Shown piece after piece: positions 25,036 to 33,215 of a stretch of DNA of 35,676 nucleotides. Both the position numbers and the translations under genes were made by a program. This DNA comes from Clostridia bacterium (GTDB lineage: Bacteria; Bacillota; Clostridia; Oscillospirales; CAG-272): positions 1-35,676 of the forward strand of contig JAFTKF010000201.1 in assembly GCA_017453405.1 (NCBI GenBank), read 5' to 3'. The stretch's first letter is position 1. Every line of letters starts with the position of its first letter. Below the pieces are notes generated by a model. The model searched no databases. It was not told the DNA's origin and worked only from the letters and a program-made list of their open reading frames with translations.

Positions 25036-26307
25036 ATGAATCACACTATCAAAAAGCCCAAACGCACATTACGCCCGCGCGAGTATCTGGTCATTGCCAT
25101 TCTGTGCGCGGTGATCGCCGTCGGTATGCTGTGTCTTTCCCTTGTGGGGCTTCGGGATATCCGCATTTCCAAAAAAACCTACGACGATTATACCGAGAAA
25201 ACCTTCACCTACCTTAGCTATCGCTATGTGAAAAATTCCGATGATACCAACGGCTATTTTCTGCTTACGGTCAAGGAAAGCGAAAAGCCCTTGCGGATCG
25301 CCTCGCTGTTTGACAGCGCGGATATGCGAAACGCTGTCAAACACATTCCCCAAGGCGCGCTTTTGCGCGCGTATGTGGAGGAATCGGATACCGAATTCCG
25401 CGTGGGTGAGCTTGCTGTCGGCGAACACCTGCTTCTCACACTGAGCGAGCACAACCGCCTCTATTACAATAACGGCTTCAGCTGTGCCCTTGCGCTTTCG
25501 CTCCTTTCTCTTGTGATCCTTTGCCCTTGTGTGCTCTGCTTTTCTCTCTATCGCAAGGCAAAGGCAAAAGCTGCCGAGCGTTTCGCACGTTATCACTGTG
25601 AAGCCATCAAACTGCCGTATACCCCCGAGCGCCGTCACGCGGATCTGAAAGACGATGTGATGTCCAAGGAAACCTTTGTGTTTGAGATCTCGCTGATCAT
25701 CGGACTGTTCGTTTTATTTTTCGTGCTCTTGCTTGTGGGCATTCTCTTGGAGCTTGCTATGACGGCGGTTCTTGTTGCGGCGCTGTCCTCGCTTGCGATC
25801 TCCCTCATCCTGCTCTTTACGCAGTATAAAGCACTTCGCCGCTATGAAATCGTTTCTGCCGTCGGTAAGCTGTACCGCTCGGGCATCACAAAAGCTTCGC
25901 TCTCCTACACCCGAGGAACACTCACCGAGCGCCTATTATTCTGCGGATACCTTCAAAAATCCCCTGCCGTTTTCGAAAGCACGGGGCGTGCCTATTCGGA
26001 GGGGCGCACAGAAATGAACTACCGTGCGCTCTTTTACACCGAGAACGAGCTTCACACCTTTGCCGAAAGCCTGAAAACACCCTCCCCCAAGCAACGCCTT
26101 GCCACGCATACCCTGCTTTTCGTCTTCCTTGACGGCAAAGAAGATGCGGCACTGCACGACACCCTGCTCGTTCTGGAGCGTTCCCTTATGAACGGCACGT
26201 ATTCTGTCACACCTGTGCTTCTGACTCCCACAGCCGTCTATCTGCCACGACTCACGCTTATGCAAGCACCCTCGATGGAAGCCGAATTCCTGCTGGGGCT
26301 TTGGTAA
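25036..26307 (+). CDS. Hypothetical membrane protein (N-terminal anchor, central TM cluster)
   Basis: Long ORF with TM helices at about residues 18-38, 150-170 and 215-265. I recognise no domain. The RBS is weak. Confidence 0.6.
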   Translation: MNHTIKKPKRTLRPREYLVIAILCAVIAVGMLCLSLVGLRDIRISKKTYDDYTEKTFTYLSYRYVKNSDDTNGYFLLTVKESEKPLRIASLFDSADMRNAVKHIPQGALLRAYVEESDTEFRVGELAVGEHLLLTLSEHNRLYYNNGFSCALALSLLSLVILCPCVLCFSLYRKAKAKAAERFARYHCEAIKLPYTPERRHADLKDDVMSKETFVFEISLIIGLFVLFFVLLLVGILLELAMTAVLVAALSSLAISLILLFTQYKALRRYEIVSAVGKLYRSGITKASLSYTRGTLTERLLFCGYLQKSPAVFESTGRAYSEGRTEMNYRALFYTENELHTFAESLKTPSPKQRLATHTLLFVFLDGKEDAALHDTLLVLERSLMNGTYSVTPVLLTPTAVYLPRLTLMQAPSMEAEFLLGLW

Positions 26308-26343
26308 TTGGACATGCGTAAAAAACACGCGGAAAGGTCGTAT

Positions 26344-27066
26344 ATGTATTCCTTACATTTCTGTGACGAAGAACTGCTGTCAGAACGCGATTCGTATCTT
26401 GACGAAATCGTGCTTTCGCATTGGGAAGCTGCGCATTTTCCTCCGGATTCCGATATGCTTTCTGCCTTTACGGTTTTACCGAAGGCAATCAAGCGCGTGT
26501 ATACCGATCTTAGCCGCCGTAAGCTTCGGCATCTTTCGTTGCCGTATCCGTATGATCGCTGTATCGGCAATCTTATGATCTATGAGATCCTGACCGCATT
26601 TGAAGCCTCGCACCCGCACAAAACACTTGCCGAGCAAAAACGCATTTTCAAAGAAGAGCTTATCACCCTTCACCGTATGCCGCTTCTGCCGCGCGAGATT
26701 CTTGAACTGCTTCGCCGCGCCTATACGCTCTTACCCCACCGCCCGATCGGGGCGCGGGTAGAAGTCACAGTTGACCGTCCGCTCGGCTCACGGCATCCCG
26801 ACTATCCCGATACCTGCTATCCTGTCAACTACGGCTATGTAAAGGGCATCCAAGCACCCGACGGCGAGGAGCAGGATGCGTATATTCTCGGTGTCGACAC
26901 CCCGCTTTCGCAGTTTAAAGGCGAAGTGATCGCCGTGATCCATCGCCGCAATGACAGCGAGGACAAATGGGTGGTAGCACCCATCGGCACAACCTTCAGC
27001 CGCGACGACATTCTATCTGCCGTTTCCTTTATGGAACGCTATTTCGACAGTATTCTGTATCAATAG
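26344..27066 (+). CDS. Two-part protein: unknown N-terminal region plus an inorganic-pyrophosphatase-like C-terminal domain
   Basis: I prefer the ATG at 26344 (GGAAAGG 6 nt upstream) over TTG 26308 or ATG 26314. The C-terminus VDRPLGSRHPDYPDTCYPVNYGYV...DGEEQDAYILG...IHRRNDSEDKWVVAP matches short PPase-like proteins. Confidence 0.55.
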   Translation: MYSLHFCDEELLSERDSYLDEIVLSHWEAAHFPPDSDMLSAFTVLPKAIKRVYTDLSRRKLRHLSLPYPYDRCIGNLMIYEILTAFEASHPHKTLAEQKRIFKEELITLHRMPLLPREILELLRRAYTLLPHRPIGARVEVTVDRPLGSRHPDYPDTCYPVNYGYVKGIQAPDGEEQDAYILGVDTPLSQFKGEVIAVIHRRNDSEDKWVVAPIGTTFSRDDILSAVSFMERYFDSILYQ

Positions 27067-27077
27067 GGAGTATTGCT

Positions 27078-29084
27078 ATGCATCATTTCAAGGGAATTCC
27101 CATCACAAACGAGGAATTCTGCACACTTTCTCCGCAAAACGTATTCTTCCGCGAATGCGATCGGCAGGAGGTTGATACCGCCGCGCACCGAAACCGACAC
27201 ATTCTGTTTCGCCGCTCTGTCACGCTAAAGCGCTTTGCGACGGCTACCGCCTATCTTTCTGCCGACGATCACTATCTCTTATATGTCAACGGCATATTCG
27301 TCGCAGAAGGCCCTGCCCCTGCCTATCACACGCGCCAGAATTATAACACCGTTGACCTCACGCCGTATCTTCACAGCGGCGACAATCTGATCGCCGTTCA
27401 CACCTATTATCAGGGGCTGATCAACCGCGTGTGGCAAAGCGGCGACAATCGGCATTTCTTTCTTTTCGATCTTGAAGTCGACGGCAAGACGGTACTTGTG
27501 AGTGACGAAAGCTTCAGGACCGCGCCCCACACCGCCTACCGTGCCATCGGCATCACCGGCTATGACACCGATTTTCTGGAAGAATACGATGCAAACGCCC
27601 CCGAGGTGGGCTTTGAATCACCCGACTATAACGACAGCGCGTGGGAATATGCCAAAGCCGCAACTGCCTTTGATCAGATCCTTTTTCCGCAAGCGACCGA
27701 GATGCTTTCTTATGACAGAATAGCGCCCCTGACGGCTGTACGTGACGGACAGCGTCTGCAAGTCGATTTCGGCGCGACCTATGCGGGGCGTCTTTGGGTG
27801 AAGGTGTCGGGGAAGGGGCACAGCCTTGTCACCGTGCGCTTGGGGGAAGAGCTGAATGCCGACCAAAGCGTTCGCTACAAGCTTCGTGCCAACTGCTGTT
27901 ATGAGGAAGCGTTTCGCCTGAAGACAGGGGAAACTGTGTATGCCCCCTATCTCTACCGCGCTTTTCGCTATGCCGAATTGCTTTTGCCCGAGGATGCCGA
28001 GGTAGACGAGATCCTTCTTCTGGCACAGCATTATCCCTTTACGGCAAAGACCCCCATCAAACCAGCGTACCGGGATGAGCCTGCCCTTGTCGGTTTGTAT
28101 CAGCTTTGTCTGCATACCTTAAAATACGGCGTGCAGGATGCCCCTCTCGACTGTCTGGAGCGCGAAAAAGGCTTTTATCTCGGGGATGGCTGTTATACCT
28201 CGCTTGCCCATATGCTCGTCACGGGCAAGGATGCGATGGTCAGAAAGCTGATCGACGATGCCTTTGCTTCTGCCTTTATCACCGATACCCTGATGTGCTG
28301 TCTGAACGCCTCGTTTATGCAGGAGATCGCCGAATTTCCGCTGATTCTCTGCCGCCTTGTGCTTTGGCACTACCGCTATACGGGGGATCTTGACTATCTG
28401 AAAACCAATTATCCCAAGGTCACCGCCCTGCTTGATGCCTACCGCCGCGACTATGAACGGAATCATCTGCTTCAAAATCTCGATAAATGGTGCGTTGTCG
28501 AATGGCCGCCCAACTTCCGCCACGGCTATGATGTTGATCTGACCTCGGGTAAGGTATGCCGCGAAGCGCATACCGTGATGAACGCTTACTATATCCACGC
28601 GATCCGCGCCGCCAACGCGATGGCGGCGATCCTGTCACAGCCTGTCTATCGCGACGAATCCCCCCTGATTGCGGCATTTACCGATGCCTTTTATCTGCCC
28701 GAGCGCCTTGCCTTTCGCGACAGCACCGAAAGCAGTCATACAAGCTTTTTGTCAGGTCTCTTTGCCTACGCCTTCTCGCTTTGCCAAGATGCCGATGCCG
28801 AACGGGAAATTCTTGGGCGCATTCGGGAAGAAAAGGTCTCGTCAGTCTCGCTGTTCGGCGCGTTTGTGATGCTGGAGGGTCTTGTCCGCCATCATGAGGG
28901 TGCTCTCGTTCGTGAAATGCTGCTTGATCGCGGCGCGTGGCTTCGGATGCTCCGCGAGGATGCTACCACCACCTTTGAAAGCTGGGGCAAGGACACCAAA
29001 TGGAATACCTCTCTCTTTCACACCACCTTCTCCTACGCCGCCGTATTCTTGGCGGATGTCGACCTTGAAACACTCTTCCCGTAA
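27078..29084 (+). CDS. Alpha-L-rhamnosidase-like glycoside hydrolase (GH78-type six-hairpin fold)
   Basis: From the ATG at 27078 (GGGAG RBS): YLSADDHYLLYVNGIFVAEGPAP (rhamnosidase N-domain pattern) and DCLEREKGFYLGDG (compare the DCPxRxERxGWxGD motif). No signal peptide. Confidence 0.6.
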   Translation: MHHFKGIPITNEEFCTLSPQNVFFRECDRQEVDTAAHRNRHILFRRSVTLKRFATATAYLSADDHYLLYVNGIFVAEGPAPAYHTRQNYNTVDLTPYLHSGDNLIAVHTYYQGLINRVWQSGDNRHFFLFDLEVDGKTVLVSDESFRTAPHTAYRAIGITGYDTDFLEEYDANAPEVGFESPDYNDSAWEYAKAATAFDQILFPQATEMLSYDRIAPLTAVRDGQRLQVDFGATYAGRLWVKVSGKGHSLVTVRLGEELNADQSVRYKLRANCCYEEAFRLKTGETVYAPYLYRAFRYAELLLPEDAEVDEILLLAQHYPFTAKTPIKPAYRDEPALVGLYQLCLHTLKYGVQDAPLDCLEREKGFYLGDGCYTSLAHMLVTGKDAMVRKLIDDAFASAFITDTLMCCLNASFMQEIAEFPLILCRLVLWHYRYTGDLDYLKTNYPKVTALLDAYRRDYERNHLLQNLDKWCVVEWPPNFRHGYDVDLTSGKVCREAHTVMNAYYIHAIRAANAMAAILSQPVYRDESPLIAAFTDAFYLPERLAFRDSTESSHTSFLSGLFAYAFSLCQDADAEREILGRIREEKVSSVSLFGAFVMLEGLVRHHEGALVREMLLDRGAWLRMLREDATTTFESWGKDTKWNTSLFHTTFSYAAVFLADVDLETLFP

Positions 29085-29099
29085 CCCCGAAAGGATCTT

Positions 29100-29615
29100 A
29101 TGATGAAAGAAATGAAAAAAATTATCTCCGACCGCGATGCGCTTGTCCGTTCGATTATGATGCTTTGCGTCTTTATTCCGATGACTGCCATTATGGTGAT
29201 AGCGATCCTTAAAAACCGCGACAGCATTCCGATTGCCTCCGTCGTGTTTGGCATTTTGTTTTTTGCCATTTCCCTGCTTTCGCTCTGGGTACTCAACCGC
29301 GATGCGGCGGTGATCACGGTAGAGGGCGATACCGTCACACGGCGCGGTCTTTTGTTCGGCTTTCGTAAAACCGTCAAGCTTTCCGAGATCACACGCGTGG
29401 CGCATCTCAACAGCAGCGTTTGGGGCGATCGGTTTTATCTGATCGACAGCAGCCAAAACCCCTATGCGACCGAACAAAAGCGCTTGAACCCCGAAAAAAA
29501 GGAAGGCTATCTGACCTTTACCTATAGCGAATACCATCTCGCCTTCCTGCGCACCTTCTGGTCGGGCGAGATCACGGGAACACTCGAAGAAAGGACACTT
29601 GACGATGATGCTTGA
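29100..29615 (+). CDS. Two-TM membrane protein with a bPH-like beta domain
   Basis: The RBS GAAAGGA lies 5 nt upstream. TM helices are IMMLCVFIPMTAIMVIAIL and VVFGILFFAISLLSLWVL, followed by AAVITVEGDTVTRRG...KTVKLSEITRV. Confidence 0.7.
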   Translation: MMKEMKKIISDRDALVRSIMMLCVFIPMTAIMVIAILKNRDSIPIASVVFGILFFAISLLSLWVLNRDAAVITVEGDTVTRRGLLFGFRKTVKLSEITRVAHLNSSVWGDRFYLIDSSQNPYATEQKRLNPEKKEGYLTFTYSEYHLAFLRTFWSGEITGTLEERTLDDDA

Positions 29616-30039
29616 CTATCTTTTCCCGACCGAGCCTGCCTATCTTCTGACCCTGCACGCAGAGCAGGACCAAGCCGAGGTGGCACCCTACCTACACGCG
29701 CTCTCCCGATCCTATCGTCACTATGCCATTGCTTCCCCGATCGACAATTTCTTTGGGGATGGCGTGACAGCTGTCCTTGAACACGCATCGGTTGCTGTCG
29801 CCTTTCTCTCGCCGCACTTTTTTCAGGACGAGATCCTGCGCTCAGCGCTTCGCCATCTGGCAATTTCGGATATTCCGATTTTATTGGTGTACCTTGAAGA
29901 AACGCCCCTGACCGCCGGTATGCAGCTTCAGCTTTCGCTTTGCCCCGTTTTCTACCCGAAGCGCCACCCTTCCGTGGAATCCGCTGTCAAAACCCTTGTG
30001 AACGCCCCCTTCCTTCGCGAAGCACTCCTGCAGTCGTAA
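29605..30039 (+). CDS. Small cytoplasmic protein with a TIR-like (TIR_2 / DUF1863-type) strand-helix pattern
   Basis: The ATG at 29605 follows GAAAGGA (the ORF-track start is TTG at 29599) and overlaps the upstream gene end. The pattern is AYLLTLH ... ASVAVAFLSPHFFQDE ... IPILLVYLEE. This is fold-level recognition by eye only. Confidence 0.4.
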   Translation: MMLDYLFPTEPAYLLTLHAEQDQAEVAPYLHALSRSYRHYAIASPIDNFFGDGVTAVLEHASVAVAFLSPHFFQDEILRSALRHLAISDIPILLVYLEETPLTAGMQLQLSLCPVFYPKRHPSVESAVKTLVNAPFLREALLQS

Positions 30040-30043
30040 AAAA

Positions 30044-30076
30044 AGAGCATAACGGCATTTACCGCCGTTATGCTCT
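30044..30076. terminator. Bidirectional intrinsic terminator
   Basis: agagcataacggc (30044-30056) pairs perfectly with gccgttatgctct (30064-30076), with a 7-nt loop. It is flanked by A5 upstream and TTTT downstream, between convergent genes. Confidence 0.8.
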
Positions 30077-30087
30077 TTTAGGGTATA

Positions 30088-31032
30088 CTACGGTTGCTTC
30101 GCGCGGGGTTTTCTAAAACAACGCCATAAAACGATACAGATCGCGCAAAGTGTGCCCAATACAATCAGGATGATAGCATAGAATGCCCACATATTGTAAA
30201 TGCCAATCAGCAAACTAGGTTGTGATTGGACAGGTCGTGCCGATACAATCGCCCCACCCACACGGTAAGGGGTAAGATCCATACCCACATCATCTTCCAA
30301 TGTAACATCGCCGTATGAAAGCTTCGCCCGTTTTTCAGTAACACGCGAGGCAAACGCGCAAAATTGATCGAGCGGCATCAATACGCCGGGATAATTGACG
30401 GATATTTCACCCCGGGCATAATCGTGATAATAAACATAATCACCCTTTGTGGTGATGAAATAGAGATAAAAACCGTCGCGCGAAGCTGTTCCGTCAAGAC
30501 AGTACAGCTTCACAATCTCGATTTTCTCGCTTGACTTGGTTGCGACCGTTGAATGAAACATGGAATCGGGAGAAAATATTGTATTGACCGTCGCACGAAG
30601 AGGCGAAGTCTCTAAAGATGAATACAAGCTTGTGAAGCTGCCGTCGGCATTTTTTTGATATTCTGAAAGCGAAAGCGAAGAAACTGAAACATAGCTTTCC
30701 TGAACATCGGTCTTTGCAAGCATTGCATCCAAAGAAAGGCATTTGGCAAAATCCGCCATAAACGAGCCACGGTACAGCTTTAACACTGCCAAAACACTGT
30801 CATTACGGATAGCGGATGTTTCTGAGCGCGACACCGCCAATGAATCGTTACGGCTTTGGGAAAGCGTTTCTTGATACGTAGGCGATACGGTAATCGGCGT
30901 TTGAGCGGAATTCACAGAGTCTTCTGTGGTAACAGACAACGCCGCTGATTCTTGATCCAATGCATATACCGTAATAACCGAGCAAATTGCAAGTACCATA
31001 ATGATTACCAATAACAAAAAATGCTTCTTCAT
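30088..31032 (-). CDS. Hypothetical bitopic surface protein (N-terminal signal/anchor plus C-terminal TM helix)
   Basis: MKKHFLLLVIIMVLAICSVITVYA at the N-terminus, AFYAIILIVLGTLCAICIVLW near the C-terminus, and a Ser/Thr-rich N-terminal region. The RBS is GGAGGT. Confidence 0.7.
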   Translation of the reverse strand: MKKHFLLLVIIMVLAICSVITVYALDQESAALSVTTEDSVNSAQTPITVSPTYQETLSQSRNDSLAVSRSETSAIRNDSVLAVLKLYRGSFMADFAKCLSLDAMLAKTDVQESYVSVSSLSLSEYQKNADGSFTSLYSSLETSPLRATVNTIFSPDSMFHSTVATKSSEKIEIVKLYCLDGTASRDGFYLYFITTKGDYVYYHDYARGEISVNYPGVLMPLDQFCAFASRVTEKRAKLSYGDVTLEDDVGMDLTPYRVGGAIVSARPVQSQPSLLIGIYNMWAFYAIILIVLGTLCAICIVLWRCFRKPRAKQP

Positions 31033-31044
31033 AGAATAACCTCC

Positions 31045-31314
31045 TTATCCAAAATAGTACGGTATTGTATTTTGCGAATAATCGGTATCGACCGTAATTG
31101 CACATTCCCACACACCGGTATCGGGAATTTCTCCGCTTACTGTGTTACGACCATTAATCAGTTTTACATATGAATAAAATTCAAATACTCCATTTGTCGG
31201 TCCGGGATCTTGAATAAGATACAAATATGTATTACCACTCTTTACATAACCGGTTATAACCATCATATGTCCTCCATTACGAGACCCAATCGATGTGATA
31301 TCCGAAAAGCGCAT
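31045..31314 (-). pseudogene. Probable remnant: His/Asp half of a papain-like (C39-like) cysteine peptidase lacking the catalytic-Cys half
   Basis: GGHMMVITGY...IQDPG resembles the His-loop region of C39-like peptidases. It has no signal peptide and no Cys motif. A separate 16-codon signal-peptide-like ORF lies upstream (31336-31386). Confidence 0.4.
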
Positions 31315-31347
31315 AGAAAGTGAATCGCGATCTTTCTATGCGCTTTT
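31305..31347 (-). other. Perfect 16-bp inverted repeat (11-nt loop) spanning the leader-ORF stop and the downstream ATG
   Basis: aaaagcgcatagaaag (31305-31320) is the exact reverse complement of ctttctatgcgctttt (31332-31347). Confidence 0.9.
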
Positions 31348-31418
31348 TGTAATGAAAAGAAAACGCATAGTCATTGTATACTTCATCGCAACTACTCCTC
31401 AATTTATTTTCTATTAAT

Positions 31419-31447
31419 AGTATATCATATTATGCCTGTGTTGTCAA
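31419..31447 (-). promoter_or_regulatory. Near-consensus SigA-type promoter driving the leader ORF, peptidase remnant and surface-protein unit
   Basis: On the minus strand: TTGACA (31447-31442), 17-nt spacer, TATACT (31424-31419). A GAGGAG RBS lies 8 nt before the ATG at 31386. Confidence 0.55.
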
Positions 31448-31538
31448 TTTATTGCCCCCAAAACCGTCATTTTATACAAACAATAATCAAGTGAGATGAA
31501 CAAATATCGCTATGTATTATTGAAATTGACCAAAACAA

Positions 31539-31572
31539 AAGCGATACTCGGTTTTTAAGCCAAGTATCGCTT
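31539..31572. terminator. Intrinsic terminator downstream of the ABC transporter operon (T-tracts on both strands)
   Basis: aagcgatact (31539-31548) pairs with agtatcgctt (31563-31572). It is followed by attttttc on the + strand and ttttgtttt on the - strand. Confidence 0.65.
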
Positions 31573-31606
31573 ATTTTTTCATCAAACACCGTCGTTTGAC
31601 AAGGTG

Positions 31607-32536
31607 TTACAGCACTTTTGACAAGAAATCCTTGAGGCGTTCGTGTTTGGGATGGCGGAAGATCTCATCCGGCGTGCCTTCTTCGGCAATCACACCCTCG
31701 TCCATAAACATCACGCGGGTGGCAACCTCACGGGCAAAGCCCATTTCGTGTGTGACGATTACCATTGTCATACCGTCATCGGCAAGCTCTTTCATCAAGG
31801 CGAGCACCTCGCCGACCATTTCGGGGTCAAGCGCCGAGGTAGGCTCGTCAAAGAGCATATACCGAGGCTCCATACAAAGCGAACGGATGATGGCAATGCG
31901 CTGACGCTGACCGCCCGAAAGCTTCTGGGGATATTCCTCAACCTTATCGGCAAGTCCGATGCGCGTGAGCAGCTTCATCGCAAGCTCGGTCGCTTCTTCC
32001 TTGGTTTTCAGCTTCAGTCCGACAGGGGCTGCGATCAGATTGTTCAGGACATTCATATTATTGAAGAGGTTGACATTCTGGAACACCATACCCATCTGAC
32101 GGCGGGCAAGGTTGATATCCACATAATTTTCCTCGGCAATGGCTTTCAATGCTTTGCGGTAAGCACGACCCTCGTGACGCTTCAGAAGATCATTCTGACG
32201 GATCGAAAGATAGACCGATTCCCGCAACTCTTCTTCATTCGCATCGGGATTTTGCTCCAGTGCTTCCCCGAACAGCTTCACAAAGGTCTTGGAGGCTTCG
32301 ATCACCTCGCGATGCAGATAGGGATCGGGGGGCGTGATCAGCTTGCCGTCCAGCCAGACCTCGCCGTAGGTAGGCTCTTCAAGAAGGTTCATACAGCGTA
32401 ACAGTGTGGATTTACCGCTGCCCGAAGGTCCGATAATGACCACCTTTTCGCCTTCCTTGATCTCGGTCGAAACGCCCTTCAGCACCTTCAGGGTGTTGAA
32501 ATATTTATACACGTTCTTAATTTCGATCACCGGCAC
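31607..32536 (-). CDS. Polar amino-acid ABC transporter ATP-binding protein (GlnQ/HisP-like) with a ~65-aa insertion
   Basis: Walker [11 protein letters not shown]-loop GMVFQ, signature LSGGQRQR, Walker [12 protein letters not shown] and H-loop VTHEM. The start is GTG at 32536 or GTG at 32530 (MIEIKN...). It overlaps the permease stop. Confidence 0.9.
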   Translation of the reverse strand: MPVIEIKNVYKYFNTLKVLKGVSTEIKEGEKVVIIGPSGSGKSTLLRCMNLLEEPTYGEVWLDGKLITPPDPYLHREVIEASKTFVKLFGEALEQNPDANEEELRESVYLSIRQNDLLKRHEGRAYRKALKAIAEENYVDINLARRQMGMVFQNVNLFNNMNVLNNLIAAPVGLKLKTKEEATELAMKLLTRIGLADKVEEYPQKLSGGQRQRIAIIRSLCMEPRYMLFDEPTSALDPEMVGEVLALMKELADDGMTMVIVTHEMGFAREVATRVMFMDEGVIAEEGTPDEIFRHPKHERLKDFLSKVL

Positions 32537-33212
32537 GCAACCTCCTCTCTACAAGCTTGATGAGTCCCGTTACGATCAGAACGACGACGAGATAGCAGAG
32601 CGCCAGAACGATATAGGGAATGATATACTCATACGTTGAGTTGGCAATATTCTGAAACGCCTTGGTGATATCCACAACCGCAATGAAGCTGACCACAGAG
32701 GTCTCCTTCAGCAGGGTGATGAATTCATTGCCCAAGGTGGGAATGACATTTTTGATCGCCTGCGGCAGAACGATCTTCAGCATCGTTTTGCCATAGCCGA
32801 AGCCCAGCGCACGGCCTGCCTCGGTCTGACCCTTGTCGACCGACAGAATGCCGCCGCGCATAATTTCCGAAACATACGCACCCGAATTCAGACCAAAGGC
32901 AATGATTGCCTCGATCACCGAGGAGATCTGAATGCCAAGCGCGGGGAACAGAACGAAATGGATGATCAGAAGCTGAACGACCATCGGCGTGCCGCGGAAG
33001 AGCGCCACGTAGCAGTCGGTAAAGCGGGACAGCGCCTTCACGTACCATTTCTTTTGCGGCAGGATCTTGGTGGTTGCCAACAGACAGCCGATGATCATAC
33101 CGATAAGCAAACCAAACACCGCTATATAAGCGGTGTTCAGTAAGCCTTTTAATACATTTTTATACCCTTCCAGCGTAACGAGCTGTCGGTAAAATGAATC
33201 CCAGGCAGCCAT
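32517..33212 (-). CDS. Amino-acid ABC transporter permease (His/Glu/Gln/Arg/opine 3-TM family)
   Basis: EAA-loop region [22 protein letters not shown], about 5 TM helices, and a position between the SBP and ATPase genes. Confidence 0.9.
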   Translation of the reverse strand: MAAWDSFYRQLVTLEGYKNVLKGLLNTAYIAVFGLLIGMIIGCLLATTKILPQKKWYVKALSRFTDCYVALFRGTPMVVQLLIIHFVLFPALGIQISSVIEAIIAFGLNSGAYVSEIMRGGILSVDKGQTEAGRALGFGYGKTMLKIVLPQAIKNVIPTLGNEFITLLKETSVVSFIAVVDITKAFQNIANSTYEYIIPYIVLALCYLVVVLIVTGLIKLVERRLRAGDRN

Positions 33213-33215
33213 CGA

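Noticed and set aside
144-27077. N-terminal extensions offered by the ORF track: 144 for CotH, 7089 for TagA, 7552 for rnhA, 10086 for the AlgJ-like gene, 11751 for the lipoprotein, 19225 for Nif3, 20070, 21011 for the deacetylase, 26967 for the GH78-like gene
   Set aside because: The extensions overlap the upstream genes or promoters, lack RBSs, and precede obvious native N-termini (signal peptides, family start motifs) that have good RBSs.
31585-31608. Hairpin aacacc-N12-ggtgtt overlapping the ABC ATPase stop codon
   Set aside because: It is a short 6-bp stem with a 12-nt loop and no T-tract. The stronger terminator at 31539-31572 explains termination.
10147-32671. Isolated GTGATAT hits at 10147-10153, 23618-23624 (overlapping the ClC stop codon), 31295-31301 and 32665-32671
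   Set aside because: They are single copies with no adjacent hairpin units. Roughly four hits are expected by chance for a 7-mer on two strands of 35.7 kb.
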